From assembly GCA_009602725.1 (NCBI GenBank), contig WELB01000025.1, forward strand, positions 391,276-455,275: a DNA stretch of 64,000 nt. Direction: 5' to 3'. Position numbers and translations under genes: made by a program. Source of the DNA: Spirogloea muscicola. Its lineage: Eukaryota. Below the pieces are notes generated by a model that saw only the letters and a list, made by a program, of their open reading frames with translations, was not told the origin of the DNA and searched no databases. Below are positions 35,561 to 48,044 of this stretch, in pieces (within the stretch, counting starts at the first letter, position 1; every line of letters starts with the position of its first letter).

Positions 35561-37339
35561 ATTATTATTTGTTGAGAGACGCTACTTGAGGCCTTATACT
35601 TAGGTCCGTTGTTACAGCGACTCAACATTCCTAACTTATATGTTTATGACAAGTCGCAACGTTCCCCCGAAGAAAGTGTGTACTTATTAAAGGTCTGTGC
35701 AGTCCCCATCGTGGACTCAGTGAGATCAATAATCGAAGCAGTGGGCTCGGAGATGGATCAAATTACACGTTATGGTCGTGTCACTGCCCACAATGAGGGA
35801 TCCTCGGTATCAAGCATATCACACAAGGACGTCATTGGTAAACTGTCTCTAATTTTGTGCATACCCCATAGGGACCCATGTCTGATCACCGTAGATTCAC
35901 TTCAACGCTCTCTTGTGTTACGATGAAATTTATAGGGGGGTTTTTCCACCACAAGCAAGGTCTTCAAACGCGAGGTTGTGCTGATTCTATGGTGGAGACC
36001 TTCGGGATGTGACTTAGGTGGGTCAGTGTTCACAATGGCCAGCCCCAAGACAATTGCCAATGGGAAGCCATTTACAGGTTCCGTTGACAATGGGGACACC
36101 CGTGGAGGCCAACATTTTGCATGTAACCAAGCTTAAGGTCCTTCCGGTCTGATAATACTCGAGAAGGGGCCGCTCACCGCAATCAGAGAAGCGCGGTAGG
36201 CATTTTCTCCGGGCAAGCCACAGCCGGCTGGTAGAGTAACGACGTCAAAAGCGCGGTGGCTGACAAGCAGTGTAGAAAGGGGGTTCGCAGAGGCCGAGGG
36301 GTTCGTCCTCGAGGGGTTCGTGTCTTTGAGAATGGTGAACAGCTTGCGAATGGCATGGACGTCAAATCAGCTGAAGGTAAGCCGAGGACAAGGCCATGGC
36401 AGCCTCATGGGACAGTGGTGCTTTTATGTGCTCGGATCACACGTGCTTCGTTGATAGACCCTCTGCTTCCAACCACAGAGCCGCAAAGCATTCTGACATA
36501 TTTTAGTAGTACACATCCGCACCACATTGGGCACATTGTGGCTGCTGCACTCGCATCTCGTGTGACTGCATCCCCAAGTCCAGATTACAACGTGGTAAGT
36601 CCTCCTGCCCATGGTCAAATATCAGAAATTGACAAATTTGTGCGATCTGAATTTGCAAGGTCTCCATGTGGATAAATACGACAGTGCTAGCCAAGTACTT
36701 TCCTTGCGACGCAGGATTTCTGAGATGTTCTGACGTGGGAGTGTTGGAAAGTGGCACTTTCGAAGCCTTCAGCCCAAGCCCAGCTTGTCGAGGCTTGCAA
36801 TACATCTTATGATATTTGAAGAGGTGGGTTCAACTTCGAACACCCCTCTCATGGGCGAGCAATTTCCATCTCACCATCTGCTGCGTAGTCTGCTACGCCT
36901 CTCTCACTGTAACACAATAGAGAGGTGCTCGATCGCCGAAGAATCCTGTTGGGGCAATGTGTTTGTATGCATGACGAATGGGATTGTAACACAAAGTAAG
37001 AAGTAAAATTCATCTGTTAGCGTCTTGATTATGAGATTATGACCGGCCGTCATTATCGTTCATCGAGGCTTTCCAGCTTTGAACTTGGAGTGTTACTTTC
37101 CAGTCCGAGGTTGAATTATTTTGTCGCCGTTGGCCTCTCAGCAGACTTCAAATTTTTGTCAGCCTGGCCAGCACGACCCACTCTTTCCGCCCGTCGATCT
37201 GTCACGTCCATCAGTTATCTCCCAAACTTGACTCACGAGCTTATTAGAAAAAGTCGACATACTCCAGCACGCCGGCCATATCAAGCCTTGCCTATAGCCT
37301 TGTGTAGCCGAGTCTTTGCACTTCCTGCGCCTTCCGCAC

Positions 37340-39190
37340 GTACATTACTCTGGCTCGGCCTGGCCTTCTCTCTCTGGGGGCTCGCCTCATCCTCCGCTAC
37401 CCCTACACGCTACCTGGAGGCTAGTTTCTCTGACCTGCGGCTGCTCATCAGAGAAAATCGAGCACCCAGTGGTCACTTGAGTCGCTGTGTGCTTCAAGGC
37501 ATTCCTGGCCCCTTCAGAGTTCGTTCATTCTTCTTCTGGGATGGCCAGTCACAGCTATCGCCATCTCTTGGAAGAGTATTTATCTCGTCCTTCGCCATGG
37601 GCGCTCTCTCTATTACCAGCTACTTGTCGGCCTAGCCCCTTTCGCACCCCACGCCGTGTAGTGGTGGAGATAAGCGATATCCCGGCTACCTCCTCGGGCG
37701 CCCAGGGGCGTCTTGACTACTGCACTCGCCAAATTGCTGGGGTACACCATGGTGGCGGACCTCGTGCAGTATTCGACATCTTCGTTACATAAGCATAGAT
37801 AGGCCCAGCATAGAGCAATATTGCTGGCCACAGGGTGGCTTTGGCGCCGCGAGAAGTAGCAGCACCATTTCGACTATCCCGCTTTGATTACTTGCTAGCT
37901 GCAATTGATGCCTATCATCGCACAGGCCCCCATATCTTACCTCGCTCAGACGAAGCGCTCTCAAGAACAAGAAGAAGAAAGACTCTTCCAGTAGAAGTGA
38001 AGGCAGTGCTTGGCCAGCCCAGACAAAGGTCGAAAAGACTTCGAAGGGGTCAGAAAGGAACTACAGCACACAGCGACTCAAGTGCCACTGAGTGCGCAGT
38101 ATCCCCCAGTGAGCAGCCAAACTTCAGAGAAAGTTGTTTACTGGTAGCAATTCCCTTGTCTATAGCCAGAGGCTGCAACCAGCCGCGGGCGGCATGCAGA
38201 TGCAATGCGGGTGCCATTGACTGCTGCAGCTATACTGACGAAGGAACAGCTCTTCCAATCTACAGCAATGGCTGTGAGAGGCCGAGTTAAATGTCCAAGG
38301 TCTGAAATGGCCGGAAGGAGAGAGGCGAATCTGGGCGCGGGAGCCTGCCGCATTGATATTGGCCTGCTCCCCTCGGTGACGATGAGAAACTGTGCTGCGT
38401 GCTAGCCGGTGCAGGAGCTTGAGCCACCAAGCGCTGAACGCCCCATGGACGTTGATGGCAAGGGAGAAGATATCGTCCTCCCGCGGTGGCCAGCAAACTT
38501 CGCCTCCTTGCCTCTGGCGGCTCTGGCCACCGCAGGCCCTGCCTCAGAGGCAGATAGGGTTCAGTTGGCGCGTTTCAATGCCTCTGCCGTCACCATGTCC
38601 GCAATGAGGCGCACTAGCCAGTGGAGTGGCCAGCAGGTCGACCCGCCATGCACGGAAGCTGTCGGCCTTTTGCCGGATTGGCATGACCGATGTGTTCTTT
38701 GCAGCCACCGTAAAGGCCGCCTCCAGAAAAAAGCTGTGCATGCATTGCGGAGGAGGTTGTGGGCTGCTATCCAAAAAGGGGTCAAATTGTATGGGCTCGA
38801 GGCATCTCAGCGCAAAGTAAGCGCGTTGTGTGGATGTGCTTGCGATCGAGGCATCTCAGGGCAAAGTAAGCACGTCGTGTGGATGTGCTTGCGACCAAGA
38901 TGGGCTCGCCGGCTGCAATGGATTATTACCGCGCCGCCAGTGTTAGTCGGTGTGCCGCGAGCTTGAGGCCATGCTCTGCACCAGAAGAGCTGGGCGAGCT
39001 TCAAGGGCCAGGGGACCCGCATCCAGGAGCCAAGTTTCTCTGACCTGAGGCTGCTTAGCAGGGGTTCCTGAGTGCTTCGTAGCTGCTTAGTTTCTTTCTG
39101 TGCTTGTCGTTCTTCGTGCTTACCCTGGCCCCTTCTCGTACTTTGTTCACTCTTTTCGGGCTGGCTTTTCCCAGCACCTATCCTTCAAGG
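37340..39190. mobile_element. Cluster of CRE-like 3' fragments in both orientations
   Basis: 3'-UTR module on + at ~37420-37580 and ~39010-39185, and on - at ~37965-38135. Coding remnant FFLEAAFTVAAKNTSVMPI...VHGAFSAWWLKLLHRLA on - at ~38300-38780. Confidence 0.8.
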
Positions 39191-39331
39191 CGCTTCGTGT
39201 CTTGTGTGCTCCGCTGGCGCCGTGAACACCCGGCGGCCCTCTCGCAGCGCCGGGCCGCGGGCCGCCCCAGGCCTTCGCCCCTGCGCCCCCCCCCCCCGCT
39301 CCCGCGCCTGGCCGCCGCCCGCCCCCCCAGC

Positions 39332-42300
39332 ATGGACGCCGCCTCCGACGGCGCCCTCGACGCCTCTGCCCGCAGCTCTGCCGCCGCCGCTGCCGGGTCG
39401 TCGTCGCCCACTCACCAGCGCCAGCGCGTGAAGCAAGACGTGTGCAACGAGGTGCTGCGCCGCCTGGCCGAGGCCGGCGACCCCGCCGTCGCCCGCCCCT
39501 CCTTCGCCGACGAGCTCCTCTCCCACTTCCTCCGCCTCCCCACGCGGTGACCACCCCCGCCCGCCAGACGCCGCCGGCTTGCGCTGCCTCCCCCCGCTGC
39601 TCGTCGAGGACTCGTCCTCCAAGCCGTGCGCATCCTGCCTCGGTGCTGGGAGCTCCTTCGGCGCATGGCGTCAGGGGCGTGCAGCCCGTGCCGAGTCTCG
39701 ATGCCGACAGGCTGGGCCTTACAGGAGCCACGGCGTGGGCCCTGACATCGGCCCAGCTGGCTGGCAACCGCTGTGTGGCAGCTATGCCCTGGACGTCAAC
39801 ACGGAGCGCGCGGAGGACGTGCTCACGCACAAGAGGCTGCTGGAGCTGGCTGCTGTGCCGGACAACCGGCCCGCGTTCCACATTAGAGCCGTCCATGTGA
39901 GATGGCAGCAGCCTCGTGGCAGGCTCCTGCTCCCAAATGCTCGCGGTGGCAACTCGACTCCGCTGTCCAGCTTCATCGGACCCTTGGTTCCCGTGGCCCA
40001 AGGGGCGCGCTCACGAAGGCTACCACGAGAGGAGGCCAGCGGCTTCGACTGAAGTACAGCGGCAAGGGAGCTGCGGAGCTCCTGCATTGACGGACGATGG
40101 CTATGCTGGCCATGGCAGGTCCTGCCAGCTGGCACCGAGGAGGTCGACCCTTCTCCAGACAGCTCCCCGATGGACTCACCGCAGGACGGCAGCTATCTGG
40201 CCGGGCCACATGCGCGCTCACACTACAGGCCAAGGTAAGCGTGAGACCGTCACCTCAGGCAGTCGCACTTGCAGGAGTGTGACCAGGTAGAAATTGAACA
40301 CCCTCTCGTGCACATGCCACACGCTGGTGCAGTCATGCACCCGCATTCGGCTCCTCTCCGAATCTGGAGGCCTTAGCGTTGGACATGAGCAAGCCGAGTC
40401 CCATCGAAGAGGACAGCGGCTCTGGGCGAGGCCAGCCTGTATCGGCATTAAGGTACAAGTCAGTGCGTTATGAAGATGTATGTCTCAGAACGATGTTGTC
40501 CAAGCACCAGACCAACAAGCCAAATTCAGTGCATCCTGGTCACTCGCATTGTTGCAAGTACCAGGCAATCTATTCGCTGCAGATTATGTGGGCAGAGAGT
40601 TGCGCAGTAATTGTGCAGTCATTTTTCACATCACTAATTATCTGCTCCAAGGTGCAGTCCTAGGTATCCTCATTTGCCCATGCACGAGGTGACCTTCTCA
40701 ACTATTGACAAGCCGAAGCTACTGAGTCAGGTCAGTGACCTCTGCCATGAATGTATCTATCTGCTCAAGCAAGTGCCAGCATTTTGCAGCTTCTGATGGT
40801 GCTTCGAAGTGCGTTCCTCCTGCCAAAAGCTTCGTATGCACCATCATCACCGAGGCACCCAACCTCTGAAGAAGCTCGAGGTGCCTGGCTTGCCTGAAAG
40901 TGCATGAGCTTGTGAACTGCTCCGCCTTATATATGGCTATGCCTTGGCTGCGTCCAGCTCTCTGCACTACTCGCTGATGTGGAACTCAACATCCGCGAGG
41001 CGCATGTATTCTCCACAGCAGATGGCTACTCTTTGGACGTCTTTGTCGTTGATGGGTGGCCAACTGAGGTAGGTCAACTGGCATGCTGGCTTTTGAGATC
41101 AATAGTGAATACTCCTCCCGATGTAGCATAACACATCAATAGAGACAGAGCAAAGGATCAAATAATTGCTCATTTGCCTTGTGATCTTACGAGCTGATGA
41201 AGACGGGTAGCATGCGTTTGATTGGTAGAACTTGAAGAACCGTAGATGTGAAAGTTCTGTCAGCCATCTGCTTCTAGCTGGACTTTCTCAAGATGTAGGC
41301 ATACTTAGGTCAAGATATGGTGCTGCTGTTCAGATGTCCTTGCTTGCTTGCAGAAGTTTAGTCAAGTTCAGAAATGAGTGGCCAGGTCGAGCAGCTCGCT
41401 GAAAGATGTGATGAGTTCCAGGAAGTTTGTTAGGAGAGGGGATGTAGCATTCTGATGGAGTTGAGGAAGTTGGAGTGACCCTGTGTTGCCAATGCTCGCA
41501 GGAAACCAATGAGCTGGAGGAAGCATTGAGAAAAGCACTCTTCAATGTGCCCGTACGTATACTTTACTGTGTGTCTGGCCCTGGAGGGTTTAATTGTGGT
41601 CCATGACCACAGCAAGGCACAAGAGGCTATAGAACTCTGAGTCTACTCATTTGCTACTACAGCTGGACACATGTTGCTCGTAACTTGCATCCGCTGCATG
41701 AAGTCAGCATGAGCGTCATTACCTTGTTCTTCGCATATAAAGTTGGTGACTTGAGTTCCTGATATGCAAGCAGAAGGGAGCATGGGCTAAAAGCTCGGCC
41801 TCTTCACCAATCACATCGCCACTGCAAGCATCACCTGCACCTGGTCCATCTCCTCCTGGCCATGTCAGCATCCGATCTGACGGCTACGATGATTGGGAAA
41901 TCGACAGCAAGCAACTCAAGCTTCATCAGAAGATAGCGTCTGGCTCTTTTGGCGACTTGTAAGTCTTCTGAGCCAACCCGTTGGCTGCCTCGACATTGGT
42001 TACTTGGCCGTGTTGGATCAGAAACACTGAAGCTCCCATAACTTGCTTGCAGATATCGAGGCACCTATTGTGGTCAAGATGTTGCTATCAAGATACTGAA
42101 GCCAGAGAGGCTAAACGACAGTCTTCAACAAGAGTTTGCCCAAGAAGTTTTCATTATGAGGTGCTCAGATCGTATCATTGTCGTTCCACTGCATGCGCCG
42201 TCCCTGTCTTCAGACGACGGGTGCATTCAACTCCTTCCTGTACTTAATTGTTTGTTCCTGATGAAACGCCATGCTCTGGTGTTCAGGAAAGTTCGACATA

Positions 42301-43863
42301 AGAATGTCGTCCAATTCATTGGAGCTTGTACAAAGCCTCCCAACCTCTCCATTGTTACTGGTAAGTGGCTGAAAAATCCACACTATGTAATTTCCCATGA
42401 CAGCAAGTGGCTGCAGTTGTAAGCAGGCAACTCCTCACTTGGTTTCTCCCTTGTGCTCAGAGTTCATGTCAGGCGGCAGCGTTTATGACTACCTTCACAA
42501 GCAGCGGGCAGCCATGAAATCACCTATGCTTCTCAAAGTCGCGATTGATGTGTCCAAAGGCATGGACTACTTGCATCAGAACAATATCATACACAGAGAC
42601 TTGAAAGCAGCCAACTTGCTGATGGATGAGAATGAGGTATGATATCTCCTGTGTCAGAATTTGACAAATTGCCATTTGTCATATGGGTGATTGCCTCTTT
42701 TGGTTTGACTTGCCTCTGGCAGTATCCCTCGTCAAGCAGATCACGATACAAGTGGGCTGCCATGACAGGTGGTGAAAGTTGCAGACTTTGGTGTTGCACG
42801 AGTTCAGGCTCAGAGTGGTGTCATGACTGCTGAAACTGGCACATACCGCTGGATGGCACCAGAGGTCGATTCCTTATCCTCTGGCATGTCCTCACTGTTT
42901 GTGCCACCTCAGATGTGCCACTTGATGGTGATTATCTGCCACACTACAGTGGTTAGCTGATACATTGCTTGTGCTCTGAAGCATATTTCGGTCCCCCTCA
43001 ATGGCTGCACACAGGCAGGAATCTAGCTCCCACTCTGACCGGAAGTGCACCTTTGCAGGTCATCGAGCACAGACCGTATGACCACAAGGCCGATGTCTTC
43101 AGCTTCGGCGTTGTTCTTTGGGAGCTCTTGACAGGCAGGGTAGGATCGCAAGCCTACATTGATGCAGACATTGCATTTGACATGTATTTGATTCAAAGGC
43201 ACAAAAGTACCTGGAAAACTAGCTTGCAAGCAGCTTATCGTGGTTTGTCTGCGCATGCAGCTGCCTTATGCAGACCTGACGCCTCTGCAGGCGGCCGTAG
43301 GAGTTGTACAGAAGGTGAGCACGCGCATAAGCAGTCTGCTGCTATCATAAGTCGTGCTTATTCTGTCTCTCCTAGTCAGCATCGAGGACATTGGCTGCTG
43401 GCAGTGTGGGCAACCTCATCAGAATGTCGTATCAGTGAGTAGGTACTGAGCAATATTCACCCATCTCCTGAAGTGTTGTGCGCTACTACTTTGTTCATTT
43501 TGAGCAGGGTCTGAGGCCCACGATTCCGAAAGGCACGCACCTGAAGCTCGTGGAGGTGATGGAGAGTTGTTGGCGGACAAATCCATCAGAGAGGCCGGAG
43601 TTCTCCGACCTCACTCGGCTGCTGACGGAAACCTTGAAAGAGGTAGGGGAGCGCGGCAAACATTGCCCAGGCCCAAGGCTGCAGGGTGCGAGTGGCACCG
43701 TGCTGGGTCAGCAGCGACATGCGGCAGCGCGGTCGTCGTCTGACGGGGGAAGGTGTGGCCAGGAGCGCAGGTGGAGGACGAGGGGGAGGCGGCGGACAAG
43801 AAGAAGGAGCGGAAGGCAGGGGGATTTTTTGCGGCGCTGAAGCGCACCTCGGGCTCGCGGTAG
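39332..43863 (+). CDS. ACT-domain Raf-like Ser/Thr/Tyr protein kinase (STY8/STY17/STY46 family), about 16 exons
   Basis: Spliced exons give [43 protein letters not shown] domain [101 protein letters not shown] and [11 protein letters not shown]. Ends [13 protein letters not shown] (TAG 43861-43863). Confidence 0.96.
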
Positions 43864-44454
43864 CAATTTTGCGGCAGGGCAGGGCCTAAGCGAGAGCGTG
43901 TGCAGGGAGCTGGGAGGATGGGGGAGAGGAAGGGCGAAAGCTCCTCCCGAAAGGGGGCGAGGGCAGCGAAAGGCCAGCCCAAGAACTGAAAAATGAAGGT
44001 CCGAAGGGGCCGAGAGGGTGCTACAGAGCTACGCAAGTGGCTACATCGAAGCAGCAGCGCTTTCCGAGAAGCAGCTCTCTGGAGAAGGGGGCGAGGGCTG
44101 TGACAAGCCAGCCCAAAACCCACTGAAAGAGACAGCTCATCCAAATTGACAGCAGTGGCTGTGAGAGGCCAGCCCAAAGGAATGGACCCACAGAGCAGTG
44201 GACGAGGAGGTAAACCAGAAGAAGAAGTGCTCGTTCATACAGGATGGGGGCTGGGGGTAGTAAGGGCCTGCCAGCCTCCAGTCCGGCGGACAGGCAAGGT
44301 TCAGCGGTGGCGCCACTGGAAGAACAGAAAAGAAGGGGAAGGGAGTGTGTACTGAGTGACGGTGGGCCTGCTTTACTGGGCCCCGTGGCAACCAGCCACG
44401 GTACTGGCTGCCAGTCTGGCTCAACTGGCCCTCAGCCGCCTCGGCGGCCGGCCC

Positions 44455-45076
44455 ATGGCGGCCGTTGCCGCGCAGCTCGCGGCGCCGGCGGCGGCCGCGN
44501 NNNNNNNNNNNNNNNNNNNNNNNNNNNNNNNNNNNNNNNNNNNNNNNNNNNNNNNNNNNNNNNNNNNNNNNNNNNNNNNNNNNNNNNNNNNNNNNNNNNN
44601 NNNNNNNNNNNNNNNNNNNNNNNNNNNNNNNNNNNNNNNNCCAGGCGGGTTGCGCGCGCCTCAGCCTCGGCGCCGCCTGAGCCCTCACGCCCGCCTCCCG
44701 CCGCGCCGCGCAGGGCGACGCGCCATACCTGGCGAAGCTGGCGGTGGGCTGCGCCGCCAGCGGCGCGCTCGTCAAGGTGGCCCCGCCCCGCTCCCCCACG
44801 ATGCACTTCTGGCCATGTGCTTGCCCCTGTGCTCGGCCTCTCAGGCCCTCCGTCAGTCACTGCACACTCCACTTTATCAGGCCGCGCTGCTGACGGCGCC
44901 CCGCGGCCGCGCCGCCGGCTGCCCCGCAGTACGGCAGCCTGGCGGCGCCCGCGGTGCCCACGCACCCGGACCTGCCCACCGCGCTGGCCATTATCTCCTT
45001 GCCCGTCCTGGCCAGCCTCGCTGCGCTGGCTGCCGCCAGCAGAGCCCGCAATGCGCCCTCCGAACCCCCGCCCTAA
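44455..45076 (+). CDS. Small two-transmembrane-helix protein with probable plastid transit peptide; first exon runs into an assembly gap
   Basis: ATG 44455 (MAAVAAQLAAP...). Exon 44714-44776 GDAPYLAKLAVGCAASGALVK; GT-AG intron; exon 44930-45076 YGSLAAPAVPTHPDLPTALAIISLPVLASLAALAAASR...*. Confidence 0.72.
44500..44640. other. Assembly gap (141 N)
   Basis: Run of N. Confidence 0.99.
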
Positions 45077-45561
45077 TCTCCTCAGTCGGGCACCTGGCCT
45101 GCTGCAGCTTCTGATGGAAAGTCGCCTTGGCTGTCAGCACTGCGCTTTTGGGATTGGCAGTGGTTGCTGCCATTGGCTTCAAAGTGGCTAGCTTTAAGTT
45201 CGGCCATGTTGTGATTTGCAGGGCAAGTCCGAGTAGTTTCCTGGCATCTGAGCCTGGCAGCATCTTAATATGCCTGCAATGATGGCACTCGTTGCGCAAA
45301 ATTCGTGGACTTGAAAGTCCAGTTTTCCAGTCAAAATTGAGTTGTACAGATGATGGAGCAAGCTCCTCACACTTGGCTCACCGCTCACATAGCAGCTTGC
45401 AATTTAAGCAGGACTTAGCTGGTCCTTCGTAATCGCAGTCTACAGCAGGTCTGGTAAACGAATCTCTGTACATGTCGACTACAACAGTGAACCTGGCCAT
45501 CTTTCCAGACCTCTTTATGTACAAGGCTCTGTATCAGCCCAACGTCGAGAAGCAGGACAGC

Positions 45562-47893
45562 TCATTTGGCACGCGCATGATCGATACCTTTGTATGAGAA
45601 TTCTGCTGCCCATTGTGTGAGCCAGGCGGAGAGCAAGGCAGCCACCACCGAAGCTGCAGCAAGCTTCAGTCTGAGGCCGCTGCCCACCTGCACTGCTGCA
45701 GCTACCAGCAGTCCCATCGCACTCGCTGCCAACAGATTTCGTGCCTTTGTGAAGCCTGCAAGTGCGCCGCTGCAGGCGCTGCACATTCTCGTGTGCTGCA
45801 AAAGAAAGTGGATTGGCACACGCAGTATCAGCCAGTCTGCTTTCCCAAACGTCGTGTTCACAGCAATCATACTTCAGTGCCATTTCAAATAAGGTGGCTT
45901 GCGCTCACCTGATTGTATCGGTCCAGGAGTTCATGGCGATTGGTCACAAGAGGTGGTAGTGTGGGAGAGATGCCATCTAACCATGAGGGCTGGCCCCCAC
46001 CAAAACGTCGAAGCCAAGTGCGAAATGCTCCCACATATCGGTCAGAGGTGGCCGGCATGAAGAATGCGCTATTCCAATTCTCCGCATCAGCACCAGCAGC
46101 GCTCCGCAGCTCCCTCTCCTGCAAATACAAACTTGCGGGCCAAACAAGCTTCAGCCTGGTCGGGCTGGAGGCTTATGATTGTGCAACAACTCTCTTTCAA
46201 ATACAGGGAGCAGCTTGCATGACTGAGAAGCAGCCCAGGGTGGTCCAGAACCTGTCCGTGAAGCAGTGCAGCGTCGCCATCGAGAAGATTCAGCATAAGC
46301 TGGTGGTCAAACCAGCGAGGCAGCAGCTGCCACCACTCCTTGCCGCTGGATAACCCCACCAGGAAGTTGCGAGCATTCACCACGATGATGCGGCACTTGC
46401 CGGGAGCTGCAAACATCATCAGCAGACTGTGCTCATAGGGAGGACAGTCATTGAAACTAGTCACTGACCTTCTGTCTATGTCTGTCCTCGATAATGCTCG
46501 CTACTATGTCAGCACTGTGATGGGATGTTGCTGCACGGGTGTTTAAACCACGAGGTACAGTGGCCATAAGATTGACTGCGTACAAGTCTGCCATCAGTTG
46601 GCAACATGGCCTAGGTATGGCACTTGGGCCTCAGGAAGGTAAGGCCGGACGAGTCTGCTGGTACCTGTTGGGGTGCTGCACAACCAGTACAGCAGATTGC
46701 AGGGAGTCAATTTCACAGGGCTTCAGTGCTAAGTCGTCAGCATGCACACTGGTGCAAGTACAAGAGGCACCTGGCTGGGGCTGCACAGTTTCGGCAGAAA
46801 TCTCCAGATGGGAAGCAGATAGCAGTGCTCACACTTACTGACCTCCGCTGCTGCTTACGCCATTACGATGCTGCTCAACCAAGTCAAGCAACCCAAGAGC
46901 AAGCAAGGATGGATGACTGGTCGGTGGCAAGCGTACCAGTACGTGGTAACGATGCCCCGCCAGTGCGGCTTGCTGCGAGCCTGGAAGTCGTAGGTGAAGC
47001 GCGCGGGCGCCTCGAACACGTGCTGTGTAGCGGGCGCTCCGTCCTTGGGCATCTTGCCGGTGAAGCCCGCGGGAGTCACCTGGCCGACCTGCAGCGGCAA
47101 CGGCTTGGCATCCGTGCGCTTGCCCATCACGCCGCCGTTGACATTGTGGTGCGCCACCGGCACGTGGCTCGGGTCGATCAGGTTCTCGATGCCCGTGTCC
47201 CACCCATACGGCATGTCACGGAAGGTCGCCACCGAGTACCACCCCGCCTCGTCCATCCCTGCGCCGACACCGCAGAGGCCCATCAGCGGGCCGGGCATGC
47301 AGGCGGCGTGCGAGGCCTCCTCAACGACCATGGTGGCCTCGGGATGACCTGGGGTGATGGGCGGGGGCGTGGCGGCGGCGAGCTCGTGGCCGTGCTCGTC
47401 GGGCCAGACAAAGAGGAGGCCCTGCGCCTCGGCGGTGGGCAGCGCCGTCGCGGCCGCCCGGGGGCTGCCCGCAGCGCGCGGCTCGTCGGCGGCCTGCGGG
47501 ATGCGCGCGCAGGAGCCGTCGCCGCGGAACGACCACGCGTGGTACGAGCACTGGAGGCAGCCGAGGCCGGCGTCGACGCGACCCTCGGACAGCGGCGCCA
47601 GCCGGTGCGGGCATCGGTCCAGGAAGCAGCGCCAGCGCCCGCCGCCGCCGCCGCCGCCGCCGACGGCGGGGCCGTCTTCCGCGGCGTCACGGCCGTGCTG
47701 GCGGGCTTCACCGAGCTGACGGAGCGCCAGGTGCTGCAGGGCCGCCCAGCCAGCCTCTCCACGATGCTTGGCTCCCAGCGTCCGGCTTCTTCATCCTCAC
47801 CATTGCGCCGAGCTGCNNNGGGCGCGCCGCGACGGCGGCGGCGGCGGCAGCGGCGGCGGGACATGATAGTCGGGCGACGGCGGCGGCGGCCAT
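45562..47893 (-). CDS. Rieske non-heme iron oxygenase of the pheophorbide a oxygenase/PTC52/TIC55 family
   Basis: Rieske motif DRCPHRLAPLSEGR...LQCSYHAWSF; Fe-site ENLIDPSHVPVAHH; PGKCRIIV; LLDGDAALLHGQ|ER; MPATSDRYVGAFRTWL; LLDRYNQ|HTRMCSAC (CxxC); two C-terminal hydrophobic helices; Ala-rich N-terminus. The 5' region is uncertain because of NNN at 47817-47819. Confidence 0.92.
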
Positions 47894-48044
47894 GGCGCGG
47901 CGGCGGGATGGCAGAGGCCGTGGAGCAACAACGGGGCTGACTCGGCCTGACGCCGGTCCCCGTGCCACGGGAGCGCGACAGCTCCCGTGACCTCTCTCTC
48001 TCTGACTGATCGGACGGAAGACGCTTCCCGTCCTCTCTCAGTAT

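Noticed and set aside
46624..47940. 438-aa plus-strand ORF
   Set aside because: Antisense shadow of the GC-rich Rieske oxygenase exons.
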